Assembly: GCA_013112555.1 (NCBI GenBank)
Contig: JABFGK010000001.1
Span: 2,729,574 to 2,793,573 of the forward strand
Length of the DNA: 64,000 bases
DNA from: Planctomycetota bacterium
GTDB lineage: Bacteria > Planctomycetota > Phycisphaerae > Phycisphaerales > UBA5793
Direction: 5' to 3'
This document shows positions 1 to 9,069 of the stretch, in pieces. Made by a program: the position numbers and the translations under genes. Position 1 is the stretch's first letter. Each line of letters begins with the position of its first letter. Under the pieces are notes generated by a model, which was not told the DNA's origin, made no database searches, and saw nothing but the letters and a program-made list of their open reading frames with translations.

Positions 1-287
1 GCCAACGGGTACTTGCGTTTTCGTGCCCGGCAGACGAGACATCTGTTCAATGATGTTTACGGCATACTCGTTCCTGAGAAACCGCCGACGCCGACATTTG
101 ACCGACACGCCACAACAAAACGAAAAACAGCGTACCCGGTCACGGTGTACCTAACATACTGTGACGAGGGCAGGTTGCATGCTCCCAATGATGCTGCAGC
201 CCAAACCGGACACATCTCACCTCCTTTACCGGGTCATGACACGCGGCTATGTGATCATGGTTCGTCATAACACGGGAAGGTGAGATC

Positions 288-2360
288 ATGGCTGCATCAT
301 CCACAAGAAAACGCCGGAACAAGAAGTCATCAACGAGAAGCCCGAACAGCCACGACAACAAGAAGATGCGCGTACTGTGCGTGCACGGGGTCGGAAACCA
401 CAGCCGCACGAGCGAATGGAAGGACAAGTGGACCAAGGCAATCGAATGGTCGGTCGTCCAATGGAACCCGACCATTTCCGTCGAGACTGACTTCGTCATG
501 TACGATGACATTTTCGAGCATCATCCGGTCGACCCGATCACGATCGCCGGTGCCGTCACGCAACTGCTGTCAAGCGGCATCGTGCACGGGATCGGCGACT
601 TGTTTCGAACCCACCGAGGCATGAGTCGCGGCCTGTTTGATATTCCCGACACGATTCGCTGGACGGCCGGGATGGTCGCCCAGTGGGCTGCGAGTGAGTC
701 GCTGCGCCGTGAAGCACGGAAGCGGATGGCCGATCATGTCATCTCGTTCAAACCGGATGTCATTGCGGCACACAGCCTCGGCTCGCTCGTGTGCTATGAC
801 GCCTTCATCCCACGGTCGGCCGAGTTGGGACAGGCCGCCCAGACGTTTACTGCGGATAGGACAGCCTTTCATGAGCTTTTGCACGACCGGTTCTTTCTCA
901 CGTTCGGATCGCAGATCGGCAACCCGTTCGTGCGCGGGACATTCGGGGGGCGGTTGATGCCGCTGCATGCCCGCTTCTGGTACCACCTGTTTAACCCGAA
1001 GGATGATGTGCTGACCAGCGAAGTGCCGATCGAGGACGACGGCTTTCGTCAGTTGACAACCGAGTTCGACCTCCCGGGCTGGGGGGATCACTCTGCCTGG
1101 GTCTACTTGTCCAGTCCAAACGCCGTGACCGGTGCCTGGCGACGGATGGTGCAAGCCATCGCAGCCGGCCGAGGTGGGTTCGATGAGCAGTCGACGGTGA
1201 TCAGCCCGACCATCCATACGCCCGAAGAGGATTTCGCCACTGCATGCAGTGATTGCGGTGACCCGTTGTTTGCATCCGATCTGACCTTCACGCACATCTG
1301 CCGCAAGCCCAGGCGCCGGGCGCTGCTGGTCGGCATTAACACCTACCCGAATGAGGCAGATTGCCTGGAAGGGTGTATCAACGATGTGTATCTCATGAAC
1401 TCGATCCTGCAGGAACTCGGATTCGCCGCCGAGGACATTCGACTGGCCTTTGACGATCGAGCCTCGACGGACGGGATTCGTGATCGGCTGCACTGGCTCC
1501 TGGACGGGGTTCGAGCAGGTGATGAGCGGCTGTTCTTCTACAGCGGGCACGGTGCCCAGATGCCGGGCTACGGGATCGGCGAGACGGTCGATCGGCTTGA
1601 TGAGTGCCTCGTCCCCTATGACTTCGACTGGACCCCGGCCCATGCCGTACTCGACGATGAGATCTTCGATCTGTACAGCCAGTTGCCATATGAGAGCCAC
1701 TTCGTCATGGTACTGGATTGCTGTCATTCGGGCGGGATGACGCGCGACGGCGGGGCCCGGGTGCGAGGTCTGGCACCGCCGGACGATATCCGTCACCGAA
1801 TCCTGCAATGGCAACACAGCGAGGAACGCGGGCAATGGACGGCTCGAACGAGTATTCCATCGCCCAACCCGTCGTTGGCAGCACTGGACTTCGGGACGGA
1901 TTATCTCGGCCAGTCAAAGATCCTGCGACGATTCGGGCGCTCGATCGCGCTGCGCTCGTTGCCGAACGATGCGTATGACGATGCGTGTTCCGGGTTCGGG
2001 CATCATGGGCCGTATCTCCCGCTGATCCTGCAGGCCTGTCAGGAGCATGAATACGCCTACGAGTATCGACACGGCTCAACGCCATACGGGGCCTTCACGT
2101 TTTCAATGGCTGAGATCCTGCGACACCACCGGCAGGCCGGCACGGCTGTAACCTACGAGCAACTGCTGACCGGTGCCGCTGCCCGGCTCTCGGACCTGCA
2201 CTACGCCCAGACGCCGGCGCTGGTCGGCCCGGGCTCGAAACGGTCGTCCGAAGTCCCGTTTGCACTGGGCAGGGAGTCTGCAGGCAGCAAAGGCCCCACC
2301 CGGGCACGGAAATCGAAAGCGAAGCCGAAGCCGAAGTCGAAGCCGCGCAAGAGGAAGTGA
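288..2360 (+). CDS. Fusion protein with an N-terminal alpha/beta-hydrolase (lipase/esterase-like) domain, a C-terminal peptidase C14 (caspase/metacaspase-like) domain, and a Lys-rich C-terminal tail
   Basis: 690-aa ORF with a GGAAGGTGA RBS-like motif 7 nt upstream of the ATG. The N-terminal half carries the VHGVGNH oxyanion-hole-like motif and an AHSLGS nucleophile elbow (GxSxG). The C-terminal half has LLVGINTY...FFYSGHGAQ (catalytic His) and LDCCHSGG (catalytic Cys), typical of the caspase fold. It ends in KSKAKPKPKSKPRKRK. Confidence 0.75.
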   Translation: MAASSTRKRRNKKSSTRSPNSHDNKKMRVLCVHGVGNHSRTSEWKDKWTKAIEWSVVQWNPTISVETDFVMYDDIFEHHPVDPITIAGAVTQLLSSGIVHGIGDLFRTHRGMSRGLFDIPDTIRWTAGMVAQWAASESLRREARKRMADHVISFKPDVIAAHSLGSLVCYDAFIPRSAELGQAAQTFTADRTAFHELLHDRFFLTFGSQIGNPFVRGTFGGRLMPLHARFWYHLFNPKDDVLTSEVPIEDDGFRQLTTEFDLPGWGDHSAWVYLSSPNAVTGAWRRMVQAIAAGRGGFDEQSTVISPTIHTPEEDFATACSDCGDPLFASDLTFTHICRKPRRRALLVGINTYPNEADCLEGCINDVYLMNSILQELGFAAEDIRLAFDDRASTDGIRDRLHWLLDGVRAGDERLFFYSGHGAQMPGYGIGETVDRLDECLVPYDFDWTPAHAVLDDEIFDLYSQLPYESHFVMVLDCCHSGGMTRDGGARVRGLAPPDDIRHRILQWQHSEERGQWTARTSIPSPNPSLAALDFGTDYLGQSKILRRFGRSIALRSLPNDAYDDACSGFGHHGPYLPLILQACQEHEYAYEYRHGSTPYGAFTFSMAEILRHHRQAGTAVTYEQLLTGAAARLSDLHYAQTPALVGPGSKRSSEVPFALGRESAGSKGPTRARKSKAKPKPKSKPRKRK

Positions 2361-2561
2361 GCGTGAAACAGGGCGTCAGGATGTCACAGGTTTGTGATAA
2401 CGACTGACTGCTCTGCTTTCATGGCGTAGTCTGAAATGCTGGTGCCAACGGCAGCGCGCAACTGCCTATTATCGTCGGGCCTGCACCTGCCGGTGGCGGT
2501 CCCAATCGTTCCCGAAACCAGACACATTCTCTGATGCTGCTGCGCGCGTGGAGTTGTTGAC

Positions 2562-5500
2562 GTGCCTTCCCCGACTCGCCGGAAATCCGGGACCAGGAAA
2601 AAGACGAAGAAGAAATCTCCTGCGAGAAAGACCGCTCGGGCACCGGTGCCTGCAGCCGGTGATGTCTCGAAGTGCATTCGCGTTCGCGGCGCGCGTGAAC
2701 ATAATCTTCAGAACATCGATGTCGACATCCCCCGAGACGAACTCGTGGTGGTGACGGGTCTGTCAGGCTCCGGCAAATCCTCATTGGCGTTCGATACGCT
2801 CTATGCCGAGGGCCAACGGAAGTACATGGAGTCGCTGTCGGCCTATGCCCGTCAGTTTCTCGACCAGTTGCAGAAGCCGGACATGGATTCGATCGAGGGA
2901 TTGCCGCCCACGATCGCGATCGAACAGCGTTCCAGCGGGCACAATCCACGTTCGACGGTCGCCACCACGACCGAAATCTACGACTATCTCCGTCTGCTCT
3001 TTGCGCGCTGTGGCACGCCGCGCTGCTGGGCTCCGGTCGGCAAGGGGCGTCAGAAGCGGGCCTGCGGGTGCATCATTGAGCGTCAGGGTGCCACGCAGAT
3101 CATTGATCTGATCACGGGCATGAAGCCGGATTCGAGACTGATGCTGCTGGCCCCCGTCGTCCGCGGGAAGAAGGGGTATCACCGAGAGGTATTCGAGGAT
3201 CTCCAGGCACTCGGATACGTCCGGGCACGCGTTGATGGCAACATCAGAGACCTGCGCGAGATACTGAAGCAAAGCGGTGACAATCCTGCGAAACTGGGGC
3301 GCTATGAACGTCACACGATCGAGGCGATTGTCGATCGGATCATTCTGAAACCCGACAGCCGATCCCGGCTTGCTGACTCCGTTGAAACGACCTTGAAACT
3401 CGGCGGCGGCTTGATCACGGTGGCCTCCCAGCCGCGTGCCGATGCGGACTGGACCGACCAGACGTACAGCGAGCACTTTGCCTGCCCCGAGCATCCGGAA
3501 ATCAGTCTCGAGGAGTTGGAGCCACGACTGTTTTCCTTCAACTCCCCGTTTGGCGCCTGTGCCGGCTGCGGCGGGCTGGGGACGGTGCAGGAGTTTGACC
3601 TTGATCTGATTGTGGAGGATGAATCACTCACCGTGTCACAGGGTGCGATCTCAGCCTTCAAGCGCATCGGCCATGCATACCGGGCATACTTCACGAAAGT
3701 GATCAAGCGTGTCTGCAGGCGTTTCAAGATCGATACGCATACCCCGTGGAAGTCTCTGCCTGCCGAGGCGAAGCGGATTCTGCTCTATGGGTCCACGCCG
3801 AAGGATCGTGAGGAGTATGGCAGTAAGTTTGCCGGCGTGATCCCGATCCTGCATCAGCGATTTGAGAACACGGATACCGAGCGCGTCAAGGAGCGCATCA
3901 GTGCCTTGATGAGTCAGACGCCCTGCCCCGAGTGTGAAGGCAAGCGGCTGCGAACCGAAGCGCTGAATGTGTTTGTTGAAACAGCCCGCCCCATCACCCC
4001 CGGCTCCAACGGGACCGGGCACGAGGCATCCCGATTCCACATTGCCGATGTGACGGCCATGACGGTCGAGCAGGCATGCCAACTGAGTGACTCACTGAAG
4101 TTAACAAAAGAACATGCCCAGATCGCACAGCCGATCCAGCGCGAGATCAGTGCCCGGCTCGGCTTTCTGCAATCGGTGGGGCTCGGGTATCTCAATCTGA
4201 GTCGGCGAACCGGGACGCTGTCCGGGGGGGAGGCCCAGCGGATTCGGCTGGCCACCCAGGTCGGTACCGGGCTCGTCGGCGTCTGCTATGTTCTTGATGA
4301 GCCGACGATCGGACTCCATCAGCGTGACAACGGGCGGCTCATTGCCACGCTGCGCCAACTCGCTGACATCGGGAACACGGTCATCGTGGTGGAACATGAT
4401 GAGGAAATGATCCGGTCGGCTGACCACGTGGTGGACCTCGGGCCGGGACCGGGCGTCCACGGCGGGCGCGTCGTCGCCCAGGGAACGATTCCCGACATCA
4501 TCGGCAACCCGGAATCGATCACCGGGCGTTTTCTGTCGCATGCCGACGGGATTGCAGTTCCCCCCAAGCGCCGCACGATGAATACGGATCGGGCCGTCAC
4601 GGTCAAGGGGGCACGAGCGAACAACCTGAAGAACATTGATGTCGCGTTCCCGCTGGAAGGCCTGATCTGCGTCACTGGGGTGTCCGGCTCCGGCAAGTCG
4701 ACGCTCGTGAACGAGACGCTGCTACGCGCGGTACGCCGGCATCTGCACGGATCGCGCGAGAAGCCGGGAGCCCACTCGCGTGTCACCGGCCTGTCGCGGA
4801 TCGACCGGATCGTCGATGTTGATCAATCGCCGATCGGGCGAACGCCCCGCAGTAACCCGGCAACGTACACCGGCATGTTCGATGACATTCGCTCCGTGTT
4901 TACCAAGACGAAGGAAGCGAAGATTCGAGGGTATCTCCCGGGACGATTCTCCTTCAATGTCAAGGGTGGGCGCTGTGAAGCCTGCCAGGGGCAGGGGACG
5001 AAGAAGATTGAAATGCACTTCCTGCCGGATGTGTATGTGCAATGCGAGGCGTGTCACGGGTCGCGCTACAACCGTGAGACGCTTGAGGTATCGTACCGGC
5101 ATAAGAATATCGCTGATGTGCTGTCGATGACCGTCGAGGAAGGGTGTGAGTTCTTCGCAGCCCACCCGAAGACGCTGAAGATGCTCGAATGTCTGCACGA
5201 CGTCGGACTCGATTACATCGAACTCGGCCAGCCGTCGCCGACGTTGTCCGGAGGGGAAGCCCAGCGTGTGAAACTGGCAACCGAACTGGGCAAGGGCTCC
5301 GCCTCCCCCACTGCTGCCCGTCAGCACACGCTGTACATTCTCGACGAGCCGACGACCGGCCTGCACTTTGCAGACATCAAGAAATTGCTGAGTGTGCTGA
5401 ATCGGCTGGCTGACCAGGGCAATACGCTGATCGTCATCGAACATAATCTCGATGTGATCAAAGGCGCGGACTGGATCATCGATCTCGGCCCGGAGGGCGG

Positions 5501-5600
5501 CGAAGCCGGCGGCACGGTGGTAGCATCAGGAACGCCGGAACAGGTTGCCAGAGTATCCAAGAGTCACACGGGGCAATATCTGCGTGATATGCTGGGATAA
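2562..5600 (+). CDS. uvrA: Excinuclease ABC subunit A (UvrA) with a Lys/Arg-rich N-terminal extension
   Basis: Canonical UvrA motifs are present: IRVRGAREHNLQNIDVDIPRDELVVVTGLSGSGKSSLAFDTLYAEGQRKYMESLSAYARQF, zinc-finger Cys clusters, and the duplicated ABC ATPase (GVSGSGKSTL, LSGGEAQR x2). The first ~35 residues (MPSPTRRKSGTRKKTKKKSPARKTARAPVPAAG) are low-complexity basic. An alternative GTG start near 2646 is possible. Confidence 0.95.
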   Translation: MPSPTRRKSGTRKKTKKKSPARKTARAPVPAAGDVSKCIRVRGAREHNLQNIDVDIPRDELVVVTGLSGSGKSSLAFDTLYAEGQRKYMESLSAYARQFLDQLQKPDMDSIEGLPPTIAIEQRSSGHNPRSTVATTTEIYDYLRLLFARCGTPRCWAPVGKGRQKRACGCIIERQGATQIIDLITGMKPDSRLMLLAPVVRGKKGYHREVFEDLQALGYVRARVDGNIRDLREILKQSGDNPAKLGRYERHTIEAIVDRIILKPDSRSRLADSVETTLKLGGGLITVASQPRADADWTDQTYSEHFACPEHPEISLEELEPRLFSFNSPFGACAGCGGLGTVQEFDLDLIVEDESLTVSQGAISAFKRIGHAYRAYFTKVIKRVCRRFKIDTHTPWKSLPAEAKRILLYGSTPKDREEYGSKFAGVIPILHQRFENTDTERVKERISALMSQTPCPECEGKRLRTEALNVFVETARPITPGSNGTGHEASRFHIADVTAMTVEQACQLSDSLKLTKEHAQIAQPIQREISARLGFLQSVGLGYLNLSRRTGTLSGGEAQRIRLATQVGTGLVGVCYVLDEPTIGLHQRDNGRLIATLRQLADIGNTVIVVEHDEEMIRSADHVVDLGPGPGVHGGRVVAQGTIPDIIGNPESITGRFLSHADGIAVPPKRRTMNTDRAVTVKGARANNLKNIDVAFPLEGLICVTGVSGSGKSTLVNETLLRAVRRHLHGSREKPGAHSRVTGLSRIDRIVDVDQSPIGRTPRSNPATYTGMFDDIRSVFTKTKEAKIRGYLPGRFSFNVKGGRCEACQGQGTKKIEMHFLPDVYVQCEACHGSRYNRETLEVSYRHKNIADVLSMTVEEGCEFFAAHPKTLKMLECLHDVGLDYIELGQPSPTLSGGEAQRVKLATELGKGSASPTAARQHTLYILDEPTTGLHFADIKKLLSVLNRLADQGNTLIVIEHNLDVIKGADWIIDLGPEGGEAGGTVVASGTPEQVARVSKSHTGQYLRDMLG

Positions 5601-5605
5601 TGGAA

Positions 5606-5646
5606 ACTGAAAAAAGAGCAGGGGCACGCTGCAGCGTGCCCCTGGT
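5606..5646 (-). terminator. Rho-independent terminator-like hairpin; possibly bidirectional between uvrA (+) and the downstream minus-strand gene
   Basis: GCAGGGGCACGC-TGCA-GCGTGCCCCTG perfect stem with an A-run on the plus strand immediately 5' (a U-tract on the minus strand). It lies 6 nt after the uvrA stop and about 45 nt after the stop of the 5692-7404 minus-strand gene. Confidence 0.45.
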
Positions 5647-5691
5647 GTTGCGCTCTCGGATCAGCGATCCTCAGTCATCCATCACAATGCG

Positions 5692-7404
5692 TTACTGCAC
5701 CACCTGATCGAGAACCGGTGTCGTTCGTCCCTGCTCAGCCGATTGGAACCACACAGTCCGGCCGGTTGCCATGCCGGGGACATGCAACATCGTCTCCCAG
5801 GCTCCGGATGCATCTGCCCGGCCGGAGGCTGCCTGCTTCGGGCTTGCCAGATCGAGCGTCACATTCAACTGCGGGACAAACGTGCTGCCACGGCCCTTGA
5901 GGCTGTAGGCGAGGTATTGCTTTTGATTCGGGGTGGCGTTCGTGATGCTGAAGGTCGCATCGCTCCCGCCGACCAGATTCGTCACGCTCATCTGATAGAG
6001 GTCTCCGACCAGCGATGTGAACTTCACCACACTGATATCAACTTCGCCGGTGTCGTAGTTCCCGATGTCTGCACCGTTGTACAGATTCCAGGAAGCATCG
6101 AAACACATGATGCCGGAGCCGGCACTCTCGCTTGACCCCCCGTAGACCAGCCCGCGGTCAATTTCATTCCCGGTCGATGCGTCGAGGACGAGCGTGATCA
6201 TGTCCCCACTGTACGGTGCTGAACTCGTCCCACCCCCGACAAACACGTTGCCGGCCGGGTCGACACGCACATCGCTGGGTGCGTCATAGCATCCCTTGCA
6301 GTTATCGCCGTAGGTGTGTGACCACACGAGCGAGCCGTCATCTGCCCGTCTCTTGACGGTGTAGATGTTGTCATTGAAGTTGGACCGGTCACCATCGGGA
6401 TCAACCGAGCCGGTGATGTAGACGCCGCCGGCACCATCAAGCGCCACGGCTCGGCCGTAGTCATCAATCCCGTTGCTGTCGTAAGCCTGCCACAGCAGTT
6501 GCCCATCCGTCCCGCGCAACTTGATCGTGCTGAACATATCGTTGAAGTTGAGCCCGGTCCCGGTCACATAGACGTCACCGATCGCATCGATTTCCATGTC
6601 GGCCGGGAAGTCGCCACCGTTGACGCCCCAGTTTGCCTCCCAGAGCACAGAGCCATTGGCTGCTTCGTACTTGATGACCACATAGTCAGGATGCAGGGAG
6701 TTCATGACGCCGTGGATCATGGCAACCGGGTTGCCATCCGGGCCGACAAGAACGTCCAGACCGTGATCCTGTGAGTACGGTGACCAGGCGGGCCCGTCCC
6801 AGGTGTGTTTCCACTGGAAGTTGCCTTGATCGTCAAACTTCAACATCAGGACGTCCGGGCCGTCTCCGACGGTTCCGCCGGTGATGTATACGTTGCCGGC
6901 TGCATCGGTGGCGACGGCAGCGCCGTGTTCGGACATGAAGAGGCCGCTGCTGTACTGCACGGTATTTAGAAGTGCGCCGCTGGCCGCGTCGTATTTCAGT
7001 AGTAGAACATTCGCATACTTGCCGGTGCCGGGCGCATTTCCCACAACGTACACGATTCCGCCGGGCCCGAGACAGATTCCGCGTGCCTGATCATGCCAGT
7101 CAAGCGTCCCGTTGTAGGCATGCTCCCACAGTTTCGTACCGTCAGGTCCAATGGCTGCGGTATATGCATCCGTGTTGTACGACGGTCCATTGACACCGGT
7201 GACATAGGACACGCCGGCGGCATCGGTCACCATGTCCTGGATACCGGCCGACAGCGAAGAGCCGACCGGCAACCGCGCCACCCATTCCGGGGCGATCTCG
7301 GCACTGACCTGAGCGGCAGCACACACAGCCGCACTGCACGCAAAGAGGCGTCTTGCAAGCGGCCGACGAAGGGTGTTCATGAACGACGGTCGTATACGGT
7401 GCAT
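5692..7404 (-). CDS. Secreted beta-propeller repeat (SBBP-type) protein
   Basis: N-terminal signal peptide (RRLFACSAAVCAAAQVSA). Multiple repeats of the D-x-x-G-N-x-Y(V/I)TG type (GNVYITGGT, GDVYVTGTG, GGVYITGSV, GNVFVGGGT, GIVYVVGNA), typical of SBBP beta-propeller repeats. Same strand as, and downstream of, the multiheme cytochrome at 9070-11118. Confidence 0.7.
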   Translation of the reverse strand: MHRIRPSFMNTLRRPLARRLFACSAAVCAAAQVSAEIAPEWVARLPVGSSLSAGIQDMVTDAAGVSYVTGVNGPSYNTDAYTAAIGPDGTKLWEHAYNGTLDWHDQARGICLGPGGIVYVVGNAPGTGKYANVLLLKYDAASGALLNTVQYSSGLFMSEHGAAVATDAAGNVYITGGTVGDGPDVLMLKFDDQGNFQWKHTWDGPAWSPYSQDHGLDVLVGPDGNPVAMIHGVMNSLHPDYVVIKYEAANGSVLWEANWGVNGGDFPADMEIDAIGDVYVTGTGLNFNDMFSTIKLRGTDGQLLWQAYDSNGIDDYGRAVALDGAGGVYITGSVDPDGDRSNFNDNIYTVKRRADDGSLVWSHTYGDNCKGCYDAPSDVRVDPAGNVFVGGGTSSAPYSGDMITLVLDASTGNEIDRGLVYGGSSESAGSGIMCFDASWNLYNGADIGNYDTGEVDISVVKFTSLVGDLYQMSVTNLVGGSDATFSITNATPNQKQYLAYSLKGRGSTFVPQLNVTLDLASPKQAASGRADASGAWETMLHVPGMATGRTVWFQSAEQGRTTPVLDQVVQ

Positions 7405-7698
7405 CGGAAATCTCCTGACGGGTGTGTCCGGCTAATCGGGGCGTTTCGTCACTGTGTAGCGACCGTCTTACCTGTGCATGCGGCCGCATGAGGGGGGTCT
7501 GTACGCAAAGCCCGTGCCAAAGCGTAAATCGCCCCTCGATGTATCAGGAACGCTGATGCCATTGCCTGGTGGCAAGAGTTTTGGCCATCGACCCCACAAC
7601 GAAAAAGACACTCCGGCACAGACAAGTGCCGAAGTGTCGTTCAAGAAAAGCAGATGATTTGTCAACCCGGTCTGTCCGTGCCGGGTGGTGTCACTGTG

Positions 7699-8742
7699 TC
7701 AGATTCCGACGACGCTGGACGTTTCGCAGGTACTCCTGTTGATCGCCTGGACCAGACCCCGGCCGCAGATGGCACCCGGCACTCGGCCGGAGGCGCAGTA
7801 GTCCCCGTTGGCGTCGGCACGACCCTTGTCAGCCACCGTGGGGTTGTTGATATCAACAAACAGGTCAGGGCACCCTGGGACCGGGCCGGCCGATCCGGCT
7901 GTGAATCCGTAGATGATGATGATCTGGTCGCCCGGGTTTGCATTCCGCGCACAGGCTTCCATGGTTCCCGGGCAATCGCCGGTCACAGACAATCTGAGGC
8001 GTGCGGCAGCGCCGGCTGCCCAGGACACGGCCTGCTCGAACAGTTGATCCTCAGTACCGGCACGCAGGCCCCCGTTGTTGTAGCTCGAGCTGGCCATGTA
8101 CAAGCCGCCCAGGTAGACGGATCTGCCGATGCTGTCCTGGTACGCGATGGCGACGGCCGACCCATCATCCTGCAACGTCGCCAGGCTGGTCGCAATGGCG
8201 TCCACGTCCGTTTCGTATTCATGATGATTCGCGGTGACGTCGAAGTCGCCAATCCCGTCGACAATGGGATGGCTTCCGGTGATCAGTACGCGGGCCGGTG
8301 CCGCATCAAACTCATACGGGCCGTCCAGGATTGGTGTGATGTAGTCGGCATCGTCAGCCCATTGACCGGACCAGGCATCGGTGCAGTAGTTGTACCAACC
8401 CACAGTCACAATGCCACCGCCAGCATCCAGGTATTGCCGCAGGGCATCGAACATCTGTTCGGTATACCCATTGTCCCGGTAGCCGGCATCTCCAACGACG
8501 ACGACGTCATAGGCCAGCAGCTTCTCAAGCGTGTCCGCCTCGGCGGCCCCGATGGCTACCGCGTTAAAGTCGAAGTACGTGTCGTCGTTGAGTTGGTCAC
8601 GAGCGTCCGGCCCGGTCGCCGCGCCACCATATACCACGGCGACCTCGATTTGCCCAAAGGACGACGAGGCCCCAACCAGAATCGTCCCCAGTGCGGCCAG
8701 CGATCCGACCGCCATCGTTCTCTTTTGCAGTCTGATACTCAT
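7699..8742 (-). CDS. Secreted hypothetical protein (Cys-rich C-terminus)
   Basis: The ORF track extends to 8886, but a strong RBS (GAAGGAGAGAAGA) precedes the internal ATG giving MSIRLQKRTMAVGSLAALGTILVGASSSFGQ, which is a signal peptide. No confident family assignment. It sits between the multiheme cytochrome and the SBBP propeller on the same strand. Confidence 0.55.
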   Translation of the reverse strand: MSIRLQKRTMAVGSLAALGTILVGASSSFGQIEVAVVYGGAATGPDARDQLNDDTYFDFNAVAIGAAEADTLEKLLAYDVVVVGDAGYRDNGYTEQMFDALRQYLDAGGGIVTVGWYNYCTDAWSGQWADDADYITPILDGPYEFDAAPARVLITGSHPIVDGIGDFDVTANHHEYETDVDAIATSLATLQDDGSAVAIAYQDSIGRSVYLGGLYMASSSYNNGGLRAGTEDQLFEQAVSWAAGAAARLRLSVTGDCPGTMEACARNANPGDQIIIIYGFTAGSAGPVPGCPDLFVDINNPTVADKGRADANGDYCASGRVPGAICGRGLVQAINRSTCETSSVVGI

Positions 8743-9069
8743 TCTTCTCTCCTTCATCGACCCGTACCGAGCGGTCAGGGGGATGTGATACCGGCATCTG
8801 AGCCCATGACGCAAAAAAGCCACGTCGTGAGCAGCGGGCCATGGCGAAGGGCAACTGTTAGAGGAATATGAGGGTTCAGATGCCATATGCCGGATCGCCG
8901 ATGAAGAACCGCCACAGGCTCCAGAATACTGAAATTCAATCGCGTGTCAATGCGGAAATGTGGCTCGATGTCACAGTTCCACCGGCAGCCTGCCGGCAGC
9001 ATGGCTCAGTGCCTGAAAGGTCACAGCGATGTACCATTTCGGCTCGGGTCGAAGCAGGTAGCGCCAATC

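Noticed and set aside
570-1835. 421-aa minus-strand ORF antisense to the hydrolase-caspase gene
   Set aside because: It lies entirely inside a well-supported plus-strand gene. Its Arg/Pro/Gly-rich composition is typical of spurious antisense frames in high-GC DNA, and no motifs are recognisable.
7654-8871. 405-aa plus-strand ORF antisense to the secreted protein gene
   Set aside because: The minus-strand gene has a strong RBS and a signal peptide. The plus-strand frame is Gly/Arg/Val-rich with no motifs.
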